Positions 39,489-51,349 of a stretch of DNA of 64,000 bases are shown piece by piece (the first letter of the stretch is position 1; each line of letters begins with the position of its first letter). Origin of the DNA: Podospora anserina. Lineage: Eukaryota. The DNA lies in NCBI GenBank assembly GCA_017654855.1, contig CM030336.1:1302001-1366000 (forward strand). Direction: 5' to 3'. Position numbers and translations under genes: made by a program. The notes under the pieces were generated by a model. That model was not told the DNA's origin. It made no database searches and saw only the letters and a program-made list of their open reading frames with translations.

Positions 39489-40832
39489 TTTGATAGTTGG
39501 AGGTGGTAGTTTGGTTGGCTGGGTTACGGAAGTTGGAAGAGGATGTTGACAGGAATAGTGATGGTGGTAAGGATGGAGGGAGGGTTGAGTACAAGTCGAT
39601 GGTGAGTTATATACTTGCCATCCAGATGGAGCTCGGCAAGACATTTTTAGGATGCTGTACGAGTCGTGCTAAGAGGCTGTTGACACATGTAGACATCACC
39701 TCATCACCGGAAGAGGAAGGACCCGAGCTTGTGTCATTGTCGTTGGCTCTCGTTGGGTAACCGGCTCGACGTGAATAGCATCAAGACCTTACGCGTCGTC
39801 GGAGTAGACACTAGCAAACAATGATGCCAAGCATCCTTTTGGCAGTGTCCACAAGGTAGGTGGTCTCGATCATGATTCGCCAGTGACCATTATTCGCAAG
39901 AGGACACAAAAGAGCATGTTTATCTGAGGTCAGACCAACAGTCATGGTGTTGGTGCCGGTCGTCGTCAAAACTATTGCAATAGGCTTACCGTGCTATATT
40001 GGACCCAGAGTTTAGTTCCTGACAAAACAGTCCCTAATTTTCGTTGCGCTTCCGGACAACCTATTAACAGATGACGCCACCTAAACTCGACCTGTCATAT
40101 TCTCATTTTCTAGTTATGGTGGGTATTTTAGTTGGTATAAGATGGAGCCTTGCATCTCTTCGGTCAACCTTCGGAGAGAAAGTGGCTCGTTGTCAGACAA
40201 CATGTCAGCTCCACTCCAAACTTGGCATCATTGCATTCCCTTGGGACCTCGGATGGTAAGCACTCCGCATTCCGTCATCCTTCTTGTGACACAGTGCCAG
40301 ACAGTTCATAATGGGGGCCAGAGGCAAAATAAATAAGGCATCCACCCATGGCACCTACCTGGTAATGAAACAACCGAAACTGGCAGTGAGGAACGGCTTG
40401 ACTGGATGAAGCAATCGCAGAGAGTATCAGGCTTCTCAACCAAATATCTGAACATGTAATCTAAAGCATAGATACTTGGGCTTTTTCTAAGGCTATTCTC
40501 ACCCGCTCTCGTAACATGTTCTGGATGTGTCGTGAATTCAATAGATATGCGCTGATCTCACATTCCAGCTCTGTGGTTACACGGCAGCTGACTATCAAGC
40601 ACCTCAGATGGAAGTAGCATACCTCCGTAAGGCGCTAACCGTGAGTGAAAACTTTGTGCGGTCACTATTCAAAGCAGAAAACCACCAGGTAAACACTTCA
40701 GAACGAGGCGTGATAGGCATGATAAGTGACCCTTGTTTCTCAAAACATTGTTACTTTTAGCACTGGCCCTGATGGAGGCGAGGCATAGTACTGTTTAGGT
40801 AAGTAAGATAAGCAACAAAGTCTGTCCAGGCA

Positions 40833-41347
40833 CAGGGTGGTCGATGAGCCAAGTCGGCCAAATTTTTGCGTGAGCTAAGTTAAGCCCGGGGTAGGCTCGA
40901 TTTACCGACTTACAAAAGCGTGTAAGGTCTTTTATTCTAATACAAATACTGATAATAGTTAGGTTAATAGTAGTGAAGGTATTAATTTAGTGTTGGGCTG
41001 GTGACCTAGGAAAGTCACTGGCTGCGAAAATGAGGCCAAAATTGGCCAGAAAAAAATAGTAAACAAATTGGTATTACAGTAGTTGGTTGTTGGTTAAAAA
41101 GTAAACAGTAAGAAAATCCAGCCCCAAGAGCAAACCGGTGTGGGTCTGGGAAAACCTGGGCCCTTTGGTGCCCCACATTTAGCCTCTGTATGTTGCCAAG
41201 AATCGGGCCGGAAAAACTACCAGAAGGTTTACAAGCCTGTGAGTCAAGTCAAGCCGGCAAGGACCTCAAGTTAAGTTCAGGTCCTGGGCGGCAAGTCAAG
41301 TCAAGCCAAAGGCTAGCTTGACTGGGCTTGGCTCATCGACCACCCTG
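40833..41347. mobile_element. Non-autonomous hAT-type element (MITE-like), 515 bp
   Basis: Perfect 21-bp TIR CAGGGTGGTCGATGAGCCAAG (40833-40853 and 41327-41347). 8-bp TSD TCCAGGCA (40825-40832 and 41348-41355). Subterminal GTCAA/AAGTC repeats, AT-rich interior, no ORF. Confidence 0.93.
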
Positions 41348-42400
41348 TCCAGGCATTTCAAACTCCATATCATTGATTGCAATGAGCTAGTCAGACCTTA
41401 AACTAGCCTGATATTTTGAGCAATCACCACCCCACGAGGATCCACCTTCATCTTCTCAAAAAGTTCACCTTGCATCCAGTTGTGTACGTGTGCCCTGTCC
41501 AACCCAGCTGTAAGACACCCTATCTGCACTTGTGCTGGGAGCGAGGGTAGTCGAGGATAGGGCGAAAGCCGACGGCTATAGAGAGAAAGATTGAAGGAAA
41601 GAATGATTGGGCTAGTGAACGAGAGTGTTGAGTTCGGGAACCTAGACAGTTGATGTCAAGCATGTGATTGAACTTGTGAGATTGTCTGACAAAAGAACAG
41701 AGGTGCTCAGAAAGAGCGTACAGTGGGATATTTATACATGAAGAGCAGGAGACTTATCTGCCAAGAGCCCAGAAATCAGGGTGGCCTTAGTGTAACCGTA
41801 TGATCCACCCTGTTACTCTATCGAGTCTTGCATGCCTCCACATACGGGGCCGGGAAGGGACAGGAAATGCAAAGTTTATGGGGGGTGGTCTCTTCCATGA
41901 AATTGAGGAAGCCACAGCTGAGTCTCCCACTGCATGTGTCCAAGGCGTTACAACAGTGCCCATTTAGCACTGTAAATTCTAATTTGTTGACAGCGCCCAA
42001 TGCTCCACATAACGGTTGGTCACGATAGGGTAATGCTCTTGACATAGCTCACTGATGTTGTAAGTGGGGTTCGAGATATGGAAACAGACCCGACTTTATC
42101 CTCCGGTGAACCTTTGAGTATGTACATGATTATTGACTCGCCACCCAGGATGTGTTCAGTTCTGTCGCGCATACACTATGAAGGACCCCTCTGTGTCCAT
42201 GATCAACAGGCAGCGTCAGGACATCCTTCCACGATTTGACGACTGAACTGGCTTTGATCGTGGCCACTTAGCCAAGGAGTTTATGAGTCAGATTCAAAAA
42301 TCTTCAGAAATAACTGAGGTTCGCATCGTCAGAGACCCTCCCGCCAGCCAACATGCATTGATCTTCCCTTGCCACCAACCCCAAATCTTGTAGATACCAT

Positions 42401-44050
42401 CTACCAACTCACGGGCAACTTCACAATCCCCACGTCCCGATCCAAGGGCGTGTACTCAATCTCGTCGATTGGCTTCGCCAGCTTCAAGCTCGGAAGCCTA
42501 TCAAACAGCGTGGCTTTCCACATGTTATCAGCCAACACGTGCAACCCACACCGTACACCCGAGAACCTCAAAACTTACCAAACACAGTCATCAGCTCAGC
42601 TTTTGCCAGATGCTCCCCGATACACCGGTGTGGGCCAAACCCAAACCCGAGGGCACATTCCTGGCCCCACTTGCGGTGCATGTCGAATCTTTCCGGGTCC
42701 GAGAAAATGTCTTCGTCTCTGTTGGCTGATTGGTTCGAGGCGATGATGCCCTCTCCGGCGCGGATGATCTGTCGAGAATTTCATCAGCCATGGCGCCTTC
42801 TGGCCAAGGTTTTGGACTGACCTACCTTGCCACCAATCTCCACATCCTCCTTAGCAGTCCTCTTCATTGCCATGGCAGACGCAGTATGGTACCGGCACAG
42901 CTCCTCAACAAACGGACCCGCCCACTTCTCTGGGTCGGCCTTGAGCTCAGCAAGCTGGTCAGGGTTCTGGAAGAGGGTTACCACGCCCTTTGACACATGG
43001 TTAGCTTTACCACTGGCACATGGATACAAGAACAGCAGCATACCAAAGCAATCATGTTCACCATCGTAGCATTCCCAGCAACAAGCAGCAAAAACGCCAT
43101 TTGCACCGCATCTTCCTTGCTCAGATTCCCAGTCTTGACTTGCTCTGTCACTAGCCTGCTGACGAGGTCATCTTTAGGGGACTCAAGACGCTTCTCAACG
43201 AGTTGGGTGAGGTACTTGAGGAGCTCTCTGAAGTCACATGTCAGCTTGCCAGTCGGGCTGGTCCGAGATTGGATACTACGGACTGTGCGGCACCAGATGC
43301 TTCTCTGGCCGTTGAGCTACCGTTTGTGCGGATGGCATTTTGTTGGGTCAAAAACTCGAGGTCTTCAAAAGGGACTCCGAGGATGGTGTAGATCATCTGA
43401 GCCTGTTAGCGGCTAACTGGAGGGCTATCAGTTAGCTCTTGGGAAACTTACGTAAGATGGGACAGGCAAAGCGAACTCCTGAACCAGATCCATCGGGCCA
43501 GAGGAGCACCCCTTGCTCTTCATCTTGTCAAGCAAATCCGTGACTGTCTTGGTGATGTAGGGCTTCAAAGAGTCGATGTGCTCTGTCGTGAAGGCGAATT
43601 CGACCATGCCACTGGCCCCGCTTGTCAGTTCAAACCCCTGAATGTGTTGACAGTGTCAACATACCGATACTTGGTATGCTCCGGGGGATCCATATCCACA
43701 AAGGTAGGTCTCTGCTTCGCAGCGAGCTTCCCATTGGCATTCAGCTCCGGGAAGCCAGGGCGTCTTCTTTCCTTTGACAGCCGCTGATCAGTAGCCACCT
43801 GGCAAACATCCTTGTACTTTGTCACCAGCCACGCCGGTGACCCATCAAACAGCTTCACCTTCGACACCGGATCCGTCTTCCTCAGCTTGGCAAACTCAGC
43901 TGGAGGATCAAGTCCGGAGGCCCTTTTAAAGGGGAAACCGGGCATATCGACCGCTCCCATGGTGGCTAAACTGCGTTTGAGAAAGTGGAGGGTGGTGGTT
44001 CGGAATGGTGGCTGGGAGAGACGGGGCGTTTGGGTGAGGATGGCGGTCAT
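42401..44050 (-). CDS. Cytochrome P450nor (CYP55, NADH-dependent nitric oxide reductase), 7 exons
   Basis: [85 protein letters not shown]. Six introns were reconstructed with the frame preserved. Confidence 0.95.
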
Positions 44051-44426
44051 TTTTGAACTGGCATGCACCGAAAAAATGGGGTGGCTGATTGTGTTGGTAT
44101 CACCCCAAATGTTTATTGACCATGGATCATTGTTACAAAGCATGGATACGTCATCTGCTCGTCAAAATCTAACGCATCGCAGGTGTAGTGGAGAAATGTC
44201 TTCATTGGATGGTTTATCTGATGCTGTGGTGATGAGGTGATCCGCTTTCTGATGCTCAGGCTTCTGCAGAGTCGGCGTCCTGCGGCCACGGCGGCTGGAG
44301 TTAGTTGTAATAGGCTCCAAACCAAAGCTCTCCCCGCCAAGGACAATCTGCTGCTTGGTTGCTCTGTAATTCCACAATGTCCACTGCTATCTTGAGCTTC
44401 CTGTGCGAACTGAGCTTCCTCCACCT

Positions 44427-45431
44427 TCAATCCCTTTGTTTCATCGCCTGCTTGATTTTCGCCCTCAGGGTGCGTTGTCTCTCCATGACTTTGGTCTTCC
44501 AAGCTGATGTATTTTCTTCTCGGGCAAAGTGATCTCGAAGTTTCTGTTCCAAATCCGGCGGGAGTGGTTGATTCGGTGACAATTTTGTTTTCCATTGTTT
44601 TAGCTGCCGAAGCGTCCCCATACGGTTCCTGGCAATGCGGCTAGCGGCTGCGAGGTTATTTGATGTGGAAAGCTGGGATAGAACGTCCCAGGCCTGCAGA
44701 GTTCTCGCATCGTGGATGAAATGGGCCAGCTTATAGAAGGCGTCGATAGGGATTGATGTCCTGCCAATATAAAGATCAATTCCTTTGACCATACCGATTG
44801 TCTGCAGCGTTGTCCATCGGTTTCTCCAGATTGAGTTGCAGAGCAGCTCCAAGCAGCGCTCAAACACAGATTTTACTTCTTTTGAGGGCTCTGGCAGAGA
44901 GAATAGTCGTAGGATGGACGCATATTGTTTTCGAAAAGCGTCTTTGTCTTGTGGGCGGGCCGCGGTGTTAACAGCCAAAGCGTGCATTTCCCGGAGTGTT
45001 TTGGCGACTTGCTCTAGATCCCATCGTTTCGGCGGCTTTCCCATGAAACCTCTCACGTGGTTAGCCCTGGTAACGAGGTCGTTCTGCTGCAGGTCGTAAC
45101 TTTTGGCCTCGTCAGGTTGATGAGGGTTGATGCAGAGGGGTCGAAGGAAGAACATCTGCTCCTTGGTCTCATGGCGCATATATCGCAGATAGTGTTCGAT
45201 CTCGAACTGTAACTTGGCCTCGTTACCATTAAGGACAATTGGCCGCGTCTTTTTCCTGGTCTGTACTGGGGGAATGAGAAAATCGTAAGTGGGGTGGGTT
45301 ATTGGTAGGTCGTGCAGGCTGCAATGGAGAGGACTGAGAGGGTCGTTTGATGGGTTAACCAGAAGAAACCGCGCAATTCCTCTCAACGGGAGGTTCTGGT
45401 AAACGAATTCTTTTGCCCGCAGCACAACCAT
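44427..45431 (-). CDS. Highly divergent HET-domain-like (het-6 type) protein
   Basis: FVYQNL..ARFLLVNP..LHCSL..P.Y..IVLNG..LRYMR..LCINP..E..ANHVRGFMG..WRNRWTTLQT follows the order and spacing of the HET (PF06985) motifs, with most signature residues substituted. Confidence 0.6.
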   Translation of the reverse strand: MVVLRAKEFVYQNLPLRGIARFLLVNPSNDPLSPLHCSLHDLPITHPTYDFLIPPVQTRKKTRPIVLNGNEAKLQFEIEHYLRYMRHETKEQMFFLRPLCINPHQPDEAKSYDLQQNDLVTRANHVRGFMGKPPKRWDLEQVAKTLREMHALAVNTAARPQDKDAFRKQYASILRLFSLPEPSKEVKSVFERCLELLCNSIWRNRWTTLQTIGMVKGIDLYIGRTSIPIDAFYKLAHFIHDARTLQAWDVLSQLSTSNNLAAASRIARNRMGTLRQLKQWKTKLSPNQPLPPDLEQKLRDHFAREENTSAWKTKVMERQRTLRAKIKQAMKQRD

Positions 45432-46285
45432 AGCTGTTGATGTGATTCGATTGTTGAGTGCCGGGGGTTGTGTTTTAGCAATTCTCGTGCTCCGAAAAGA
45501 TTGCACCGATGAGAGACGAGGCGAGGCGCTCGGGCCACATTACAGCACCACAAAATATACCCCAGATGCCACCTCTTCAACGTGCCTACTTTGTGTAAAC
45601 GGCAGGCTTTAAGGCCTGCTCCACATTAGACGACCGTCGACGCACCATTGTTAGCCATCCGCTGCATTTTCCCCGCTGTCTCCGCTGTTCGACTTTGCTC
45701 TCGATGGGACAATTGTCTATCAATCCAGCAGGGAGCTTCTTGTTTTGAACAACGTGGAATGTTTTGGCGATGATAATACCCTTGACTGCTCGGAGGTCAT
45801 TCTGCCCTTGAAAGGCGTCTTGATCTGCCGTTGTTTCTACCACCTTCCAGAATGCCCATCACCCTTATGACCATTGATATGCTGGTCATCTTCACGTTTC
45901 CTATCATGATGAACCATCAGTGGCCTCGAAGACCCACACCGGCCCAAAAAACCACCATGTCAGCCTCAACCAAAACACGCGGCGTAGCACACCTCCTGGC
46001 CCCAACCCATGAGCCAGGCCAACCCCAGACCACCCTCAACACTACAACCACAATCCGATCCCCGGAGATCATGATTCACAGAACCACGGATGTCAATCCT
46101 CTGTAAATCCATTCACCACCATCGAAAATCACAGTCTCGACCTGAACCACCAACCGCTCTTCTCCACCGTCACCGCGACGCCCCATTCTGCTCAAAGTCT
46201 TCTTAACCCAGCATGTCCTCCAAACCTCAAATCCAATCATGTCAATCCCCAAAGATAGCCCATACTTCGAAATATTATCGCCAAA

Positions 46286-46860
46286 ATGCCACCACAACCC
46301 CTCCCCCCACCATTCCCCAGCACCCTCGCCCGCCGGAGAACAACCCGCCTACTAGGCTTTTCCTCCGTCCAATCCTTTACAGAATGGGAAGAAGCGCTCG
46401 TCTTAGACCACCTCTCGGCATTTATATGCGATTACCTCGCCCTCGGACTCACTGTTGTCCCTCGAAAAGGGAATGCCTTCATCCAGTTTGTGGACTTGGA
46501 CAATGCGGTAAAACGTCGGATCCAACAGCTGGAGGATGGTGATTTTATGGAAGCGTATAATCCTGATAAATCAGATTGTGAGTCCCACAGTGCAGTGTAG
46601 AGAGAACGGGACTGACTGAAGAAACAGGGACAGCAAGGGATCATTATAAACAGTTCATTGTTAGTATTGTTGCCGAAGATAAATGGTACGGGGAGAATGG
46701 GGATGAGACGGCGGAATTGTATAAACGGGGATGGGACGGGGCAAAGTTGACGAGGAAGATGTTTCGGTTGCTGGAGTTTTTGATACAAGAGTGGAAAGAT
46801 GGGGCGGGGGCGGAGGATGTGGTTGAGGGGGCGGTGAGGAGGAAGATAATAGGCAGGTGA
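46286..46860 (+). CDS. Hypothetical protein, 2 exons
   Basis: ORF 46286-46600 splices via GTGAGT..CTGAC..CAG (about 46578-46627) into an open exon WTARDHYKQFIVSIV..LLEFLIQEW..GR*. Confidence 0.7.
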
Positions 46861-48212
46861 TTTACGATTGTTTGGCGTTGTGTTAGCGGGCAGCATTGGC
46901 GGTGGCGTTTTTGGGGGGCTTGTTGCATTTTCAGCGTGTGGGTTCGGGGCGTTCAATGTATGTAGTGAGTGCAATTCAAAAGCACTTGGTCAGTCTTGCT
47001 CGGTAGGTCGGGTACAAATGGAAACAAGAAGAGAAAGACACTTGATCACCATGATACCATTCTAGTAGTGATGAGAGAATGGAGAGTTTATCGTGTTTTT
47101 TTCTTTGCTTGCTTCACCCTCCACTCATCAAGAAAATCCTCTGCCACTTTGTCTCTCTCCAAAATGCAGTCGAGTCAATGTTTCTTAGAATCCTGGCAGA
47201 TTCAACAGTTGGTTACAACCCACCATCCATGTCAGGTGCTGGCTGATATTCCCTCGCGCCGTGGTAAGCGTCCCCATGTTCATCTTTGAACCATATCTCC
47301 CCGTCACTATTGCCCAATTCCACTCGGTACCCAGCAGGTTGAGGTGCATTGCACAGTGCACGGACAGCCGGAAACAGTGTCATTTGCTGCCTTCTGAATT
47401 CCATGGAGATAATCTCGGTAGAAAAAAGTTATTTTATCGAAAGGGGTTTCTCGCCGTCCGTCATCATAGATTCGATAGGATTGTTGAAGTTGTTGGGAGC
47501 TCATGTCCGAGCTGGCAATCGGCATACAAATACCATCTACTCCCTGAAGCGGAGGTTGTCCCAAGTCCTACCGGAAGTCTTCGTAAAGACACTTCGTGCG
47601 ATTAAGTCTTTGTTCACATATTATGTCTTCGTAACCATCAAGGTACTCATGCCGAGCCTATAGTTCATCCCGTCGTCGAGAACTGACCAAGTTAAGTGCA
47701 ACTAAGCGACAAGAAGGCAATGGTTTGTCTGCTTTTGCTGCACGTACACAGTCGCGTCCGCCATGCCTTCTTGTCTCCTGCCACTTCAGAAGAATCAAGA
47801 CTTGTCAAAATTTTGGTCGTTCATTGAGGTTGGGCTTGTCAAAACGTATATGGGGTCCAAAAAGGTGTCAATTCTGTTGTTGTACGAGGGTGAGTTGCCC
47901 GGGTGGCTGGAAAAGGCCGAACCCAGTGGCCCTGGTCCCACTGCCAAGATATTAATTCCTTAACAGTGGGCCCGGTTGACTATTTTGACAGGGCTTTGCA
48001 ACCTTGGTTGCGCTCAGACTCGCATTGACACAAACGATCCGCCCATTGGGCAGGAATTGTGGGGCTCACAACGACTATGGCGCTTAATGATTGGTCGGCA
48101 TGAGTGGATCCCGTCCCTTCTCGCTCGCAGCCATCCATTCCTTGCACGTCACTCCATCTCGAGACTTGCTTCCCCGATACAGACAGAATCCCTCCCCTCC
48201 GTTCTCATCGCC

Positions 48213-49150
48213 ATGGCCCACACTCGAGCCCAAATAGCGGCTCAAAGGGCGCTCCCACCACTGGCATCAAATTATCAAGGTACCTATTCTCCACAGCTCT
48301 GAAGTACATCTCCCGTTGACGCTTGCAGGGAATCAACCACAAGACACCTAGCCACGCAAAGACAGTCCTCGAGAGCACGCAACCAGGCGCACCGAAGAGT
48401 GGGACAATTCGATCCCCCTCACCGGCACCCGTCCACAGCCTGACTACTCCGTTGGGTTCAAACGAGACGCATTTACCGATGACCAGCTCGCCAAGCTATC
48501 GCCCTTTATCGGCGACTTTATCGCCGGGGACCAGTCCTTCTTTATGGCCACGTACTATATGTACTTCCCGTTCCTGACTTGCGAGGTAAAGTGCGGCGCC
48601 GGGGGGCTCGACATCGCCGACCGACAGAACGCCCACAGTATGACCCTTGCGGTGCGGGCCATTGTCGAGCTTTTCCGTGCTGTAAAGCGCGAGGATGAGG
48701 TTAACCGGGAGATCCTCGCCTTCTCCGTCTCGCATGACGATACCTCAGTCCGGATTTATGGCCACTACCCGGTCATAGCCGGGAAAGGCATCAAGTACTA
48801 CCGCCAGCCAATCCACAAATTTGACTTTAATACACTTGACGGACAGGACAAATGGATGGCATATCGATTCACGAAGAATGTCTACGACACATGGATGCCC
48901 AAGCATTTCGAGAACATCTACTCTGCCATCAATCAGTTGCCGTCGGATTTGGACTTGGATGTCCCACCACTTTCTGAGGCGACCGGGCTTTCCCAGGATT
49001 TAGGAAACCTGATGCAGTCGGGTGCCAGCTCCCCTTCTGCTGGCGAGCAGGATCGCTAGCCGAGCATCGCTGAGCAGCAAGTGGTGACTCCAGACACCTC
49101 ATTCAGTGAGATAGCAAAGAGGAGGAAAGGCCGGAAGGTGGCAAACGGGT
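48213..49150 (+). pseudogene. Degenerate fungal DUF7924-like gene (putative PD-(D/E)XK-related): internal deletion/frameshift plus premature TAG
   Basis: Core WDNSIPLTGTRPQPDYSVGF..YFPFLTCEVKCG..LDIADRQNAHS..FSVSHD..VRIYGHY is fused out of frame to a short MAHTRAQ N-terminus. The TAG at 49057-49059 is followed by in-frame TPDTSF..AKRRKG to a stop at 49150. Confidence 0.75.
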
Positions 49151-49502
49151 AGATAGGATTTGCCTCCAGAGTGAAATTTGGCGTGATGACTGTTGCCTTG
49201 CGACTTTACTATGAATGCCTGGGCGCACTTGCATTGCCCGCCACAACGTAACTCGGCGGCTCTTCTCGAAAACGGCATCGGATGGCAAAGCATAGGCGTA
49301 GATACTATACTGAAACAGATCACAGAGCAGTCCCACCGAAGCCAAAAAGAAATGCAGCAATCGTTCGACTCCGCTTTGAAGCTGAAGGTCAGAACATGAA
49401 GCCAGGCTTGCTAACCATTGGTCAAAGCATGATGCCTACCTCTGTGAGAGTGACAATTATTTTTCGAGACGTCTAGGAAAGAGCGAGTGGATAATTACCC
49501 CC

Positions 49503-50135
49503 TTGTACCTTCCAAAGACTTGTCTCGGGGCCGATCAGCAGTGGCAGTGGACGACCTCGACATGGAAGGAACAACGGACCTTTGGTCCCATGCACATTGC
49601 GGGACTGATTTGTCTCGCTCCTCAGGCTCCCACAACAGCTTCCACAACATCCAGAACAACACCTCACCAACAGTCCACAAGTCAACCGGCATCAGCAACA
49701 ATGTCTTCCACTCACTGCAAGGCTTGCAAAATCATCCGCTGCTCTCCTACTCCTCCCAAGATCACTTGCTCATGCCCCGTCACAACACTCCACGGCACAG
49801 TCACTACGGTCCACAGTACCACCGAACCAATCAAGGCGGTAACCGTAGAACTTCGAGATCCTACGACGAGCAATGTTACAGATACCGTCACTACCCTTCA
49901 GCCAGCTCACGCCCCTGCCGAGCTTCCCTCGACTACCATTGTTCGGTGCTGGGTCACGTTTCCAAGTACGCCCAAGTCGGTACGAAGCCGACAGCGACCA
50001 GTATTCAAACACATGATCATATTCGCTTTGAGCGGTCTGATTGTGGGAATTATCATTGGCTGTTGGGGTTCTATGGCTTGCTCTCAGAGCTTTGCGCAAA
50101 AGGTACGTGCAATCTCCTTGATATCTGACCGATGA
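49503..50135 (+). CDS. Possible S/T-rich protein with C-terminal hydrophobic helix (may be a remnant)
   Basis: 210-codon ORF, Thr/Ser-rich, containing MIIFALSGLIVGIIIGCW. No clear ATG or signal peptide. Confidence 0.3.
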   Translation: MYLPKTCLGADQQWQWTTSTWKEQRTFGPMHIAGLICLAPQAPTTASTTSRTTPHQQSTSQPASATMSSTHCKACKIIRCSPTPPKITCSCPVTTLHGTVTTVHSTTEPIKAVTVELRDPTTSNVTDTVTTLQPAHAPAELPSTTIVRCWVTFPSTPKSVRSRQRPVFKHMIIFALSGLIVGIIIGCWGSMACSQSFAQKVRAISLISDR

Positions 50136-51349
50136 TTCCTTCAGCATGGCTCGTCTAACGAAGCATTCCCAGTGATGCCCTTCACAACTGGCGGCGATAT
50201 GCTGGGGTATTATTAAGGAAGACTAAGATTTGCTGGCTCTGGGTGTTTATACTGGTAGGGAGTGGTCGAATCACTGTGTTTGGTGGCATTTTGCGGGGTA
50301 ACGGTGGTGTGCCCCGGTTGTCAAGGTCTTGTCGATCAACATCTGTACGCATCTCGTCGAATAAGAAAACTCTTCATGTTCACACTCAAGACTCATTACT
50401 TCAATTTCGGTTGCAATCTATACATTTGCCCAAAGAAACGCTGATCCCTGGTAAGCTCTGTCTTCTCATACGCCGGATAGATTGGCCGGCCCCCGCCCAC
50501 TCAACTTACGCGAGATGGATGTATATGAAGATGATAACTGCCGGCAGCCTGAGTCTGAGCGCGTGTTGTTTGCTCCTCCTGAGGCGCTGTCGCACCAGAG
50601 CTCGGTTCCGTCGTTGAAGCTGTCAACGGGGGCGGAAAGCGAATATTGATCTGCTGGCAGAACTCATCCCGTCCGTCTGTCTTGAAGGAACGGTCAAGCT
50701 TTTGCGCTCAGGCCCTGATCCTGTCAACATCGTCCCGTGTTGTACATCCAGTTGTATCCAAGTTTGACACCTCGTTTAAACCGATGGATGATGCAGCAAA
50801 TATGCATGCATGCAGGTATATATCAGCCACTCGCTTGGTAACATGCCGCTCCTCCCGCCAGTCACGTTGCGAGATGGACTTTGACAAGACCAGATTTTGC
50901 TACCGGGCGGGCTGGGGAACTTTTGTGGGTTGCTCGTGCGCACAGCAACCTTTTCCAAGATTTCCGCCTGAATGGTTCATATCTGGGGAGGGGATTAGGG
51001 GACCCGGCGAAGGAGGGGGCGCACTGACATTTGATCTGTCAAATTGTCTGAGATCTGGAATCTGGGGTATGCGGTGCATTTGTCTCGAATAAGCTTCCCG
51101 GGAGCGGAAGGAGGGACGATCCCAAATATCGGGAATTGGGTGAGCTCGTCAGGCTTCTGGCTTGGGAGTTCTAAAGGGGTCTTGATTGTAGGACGGGTCG
51201 CTTGAGTGAGTTCATTAAGGGGAGGAGCCCCCTATCCTTGCTGAAGTTGTTTATCCCGCTGGGATTTCTTGTTTTTTTTAAATTTTTACTTGATGCTTTG
51301 TTTCTTTTGTTTCTGACTGATAGCAAGTTTACGACGACAAACCAGCACG

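Noticed and set aside
47100..47963. Possible ankyrin/NLR remnant
   Set aside because: Only protein-like composition; no diagnostic motif.
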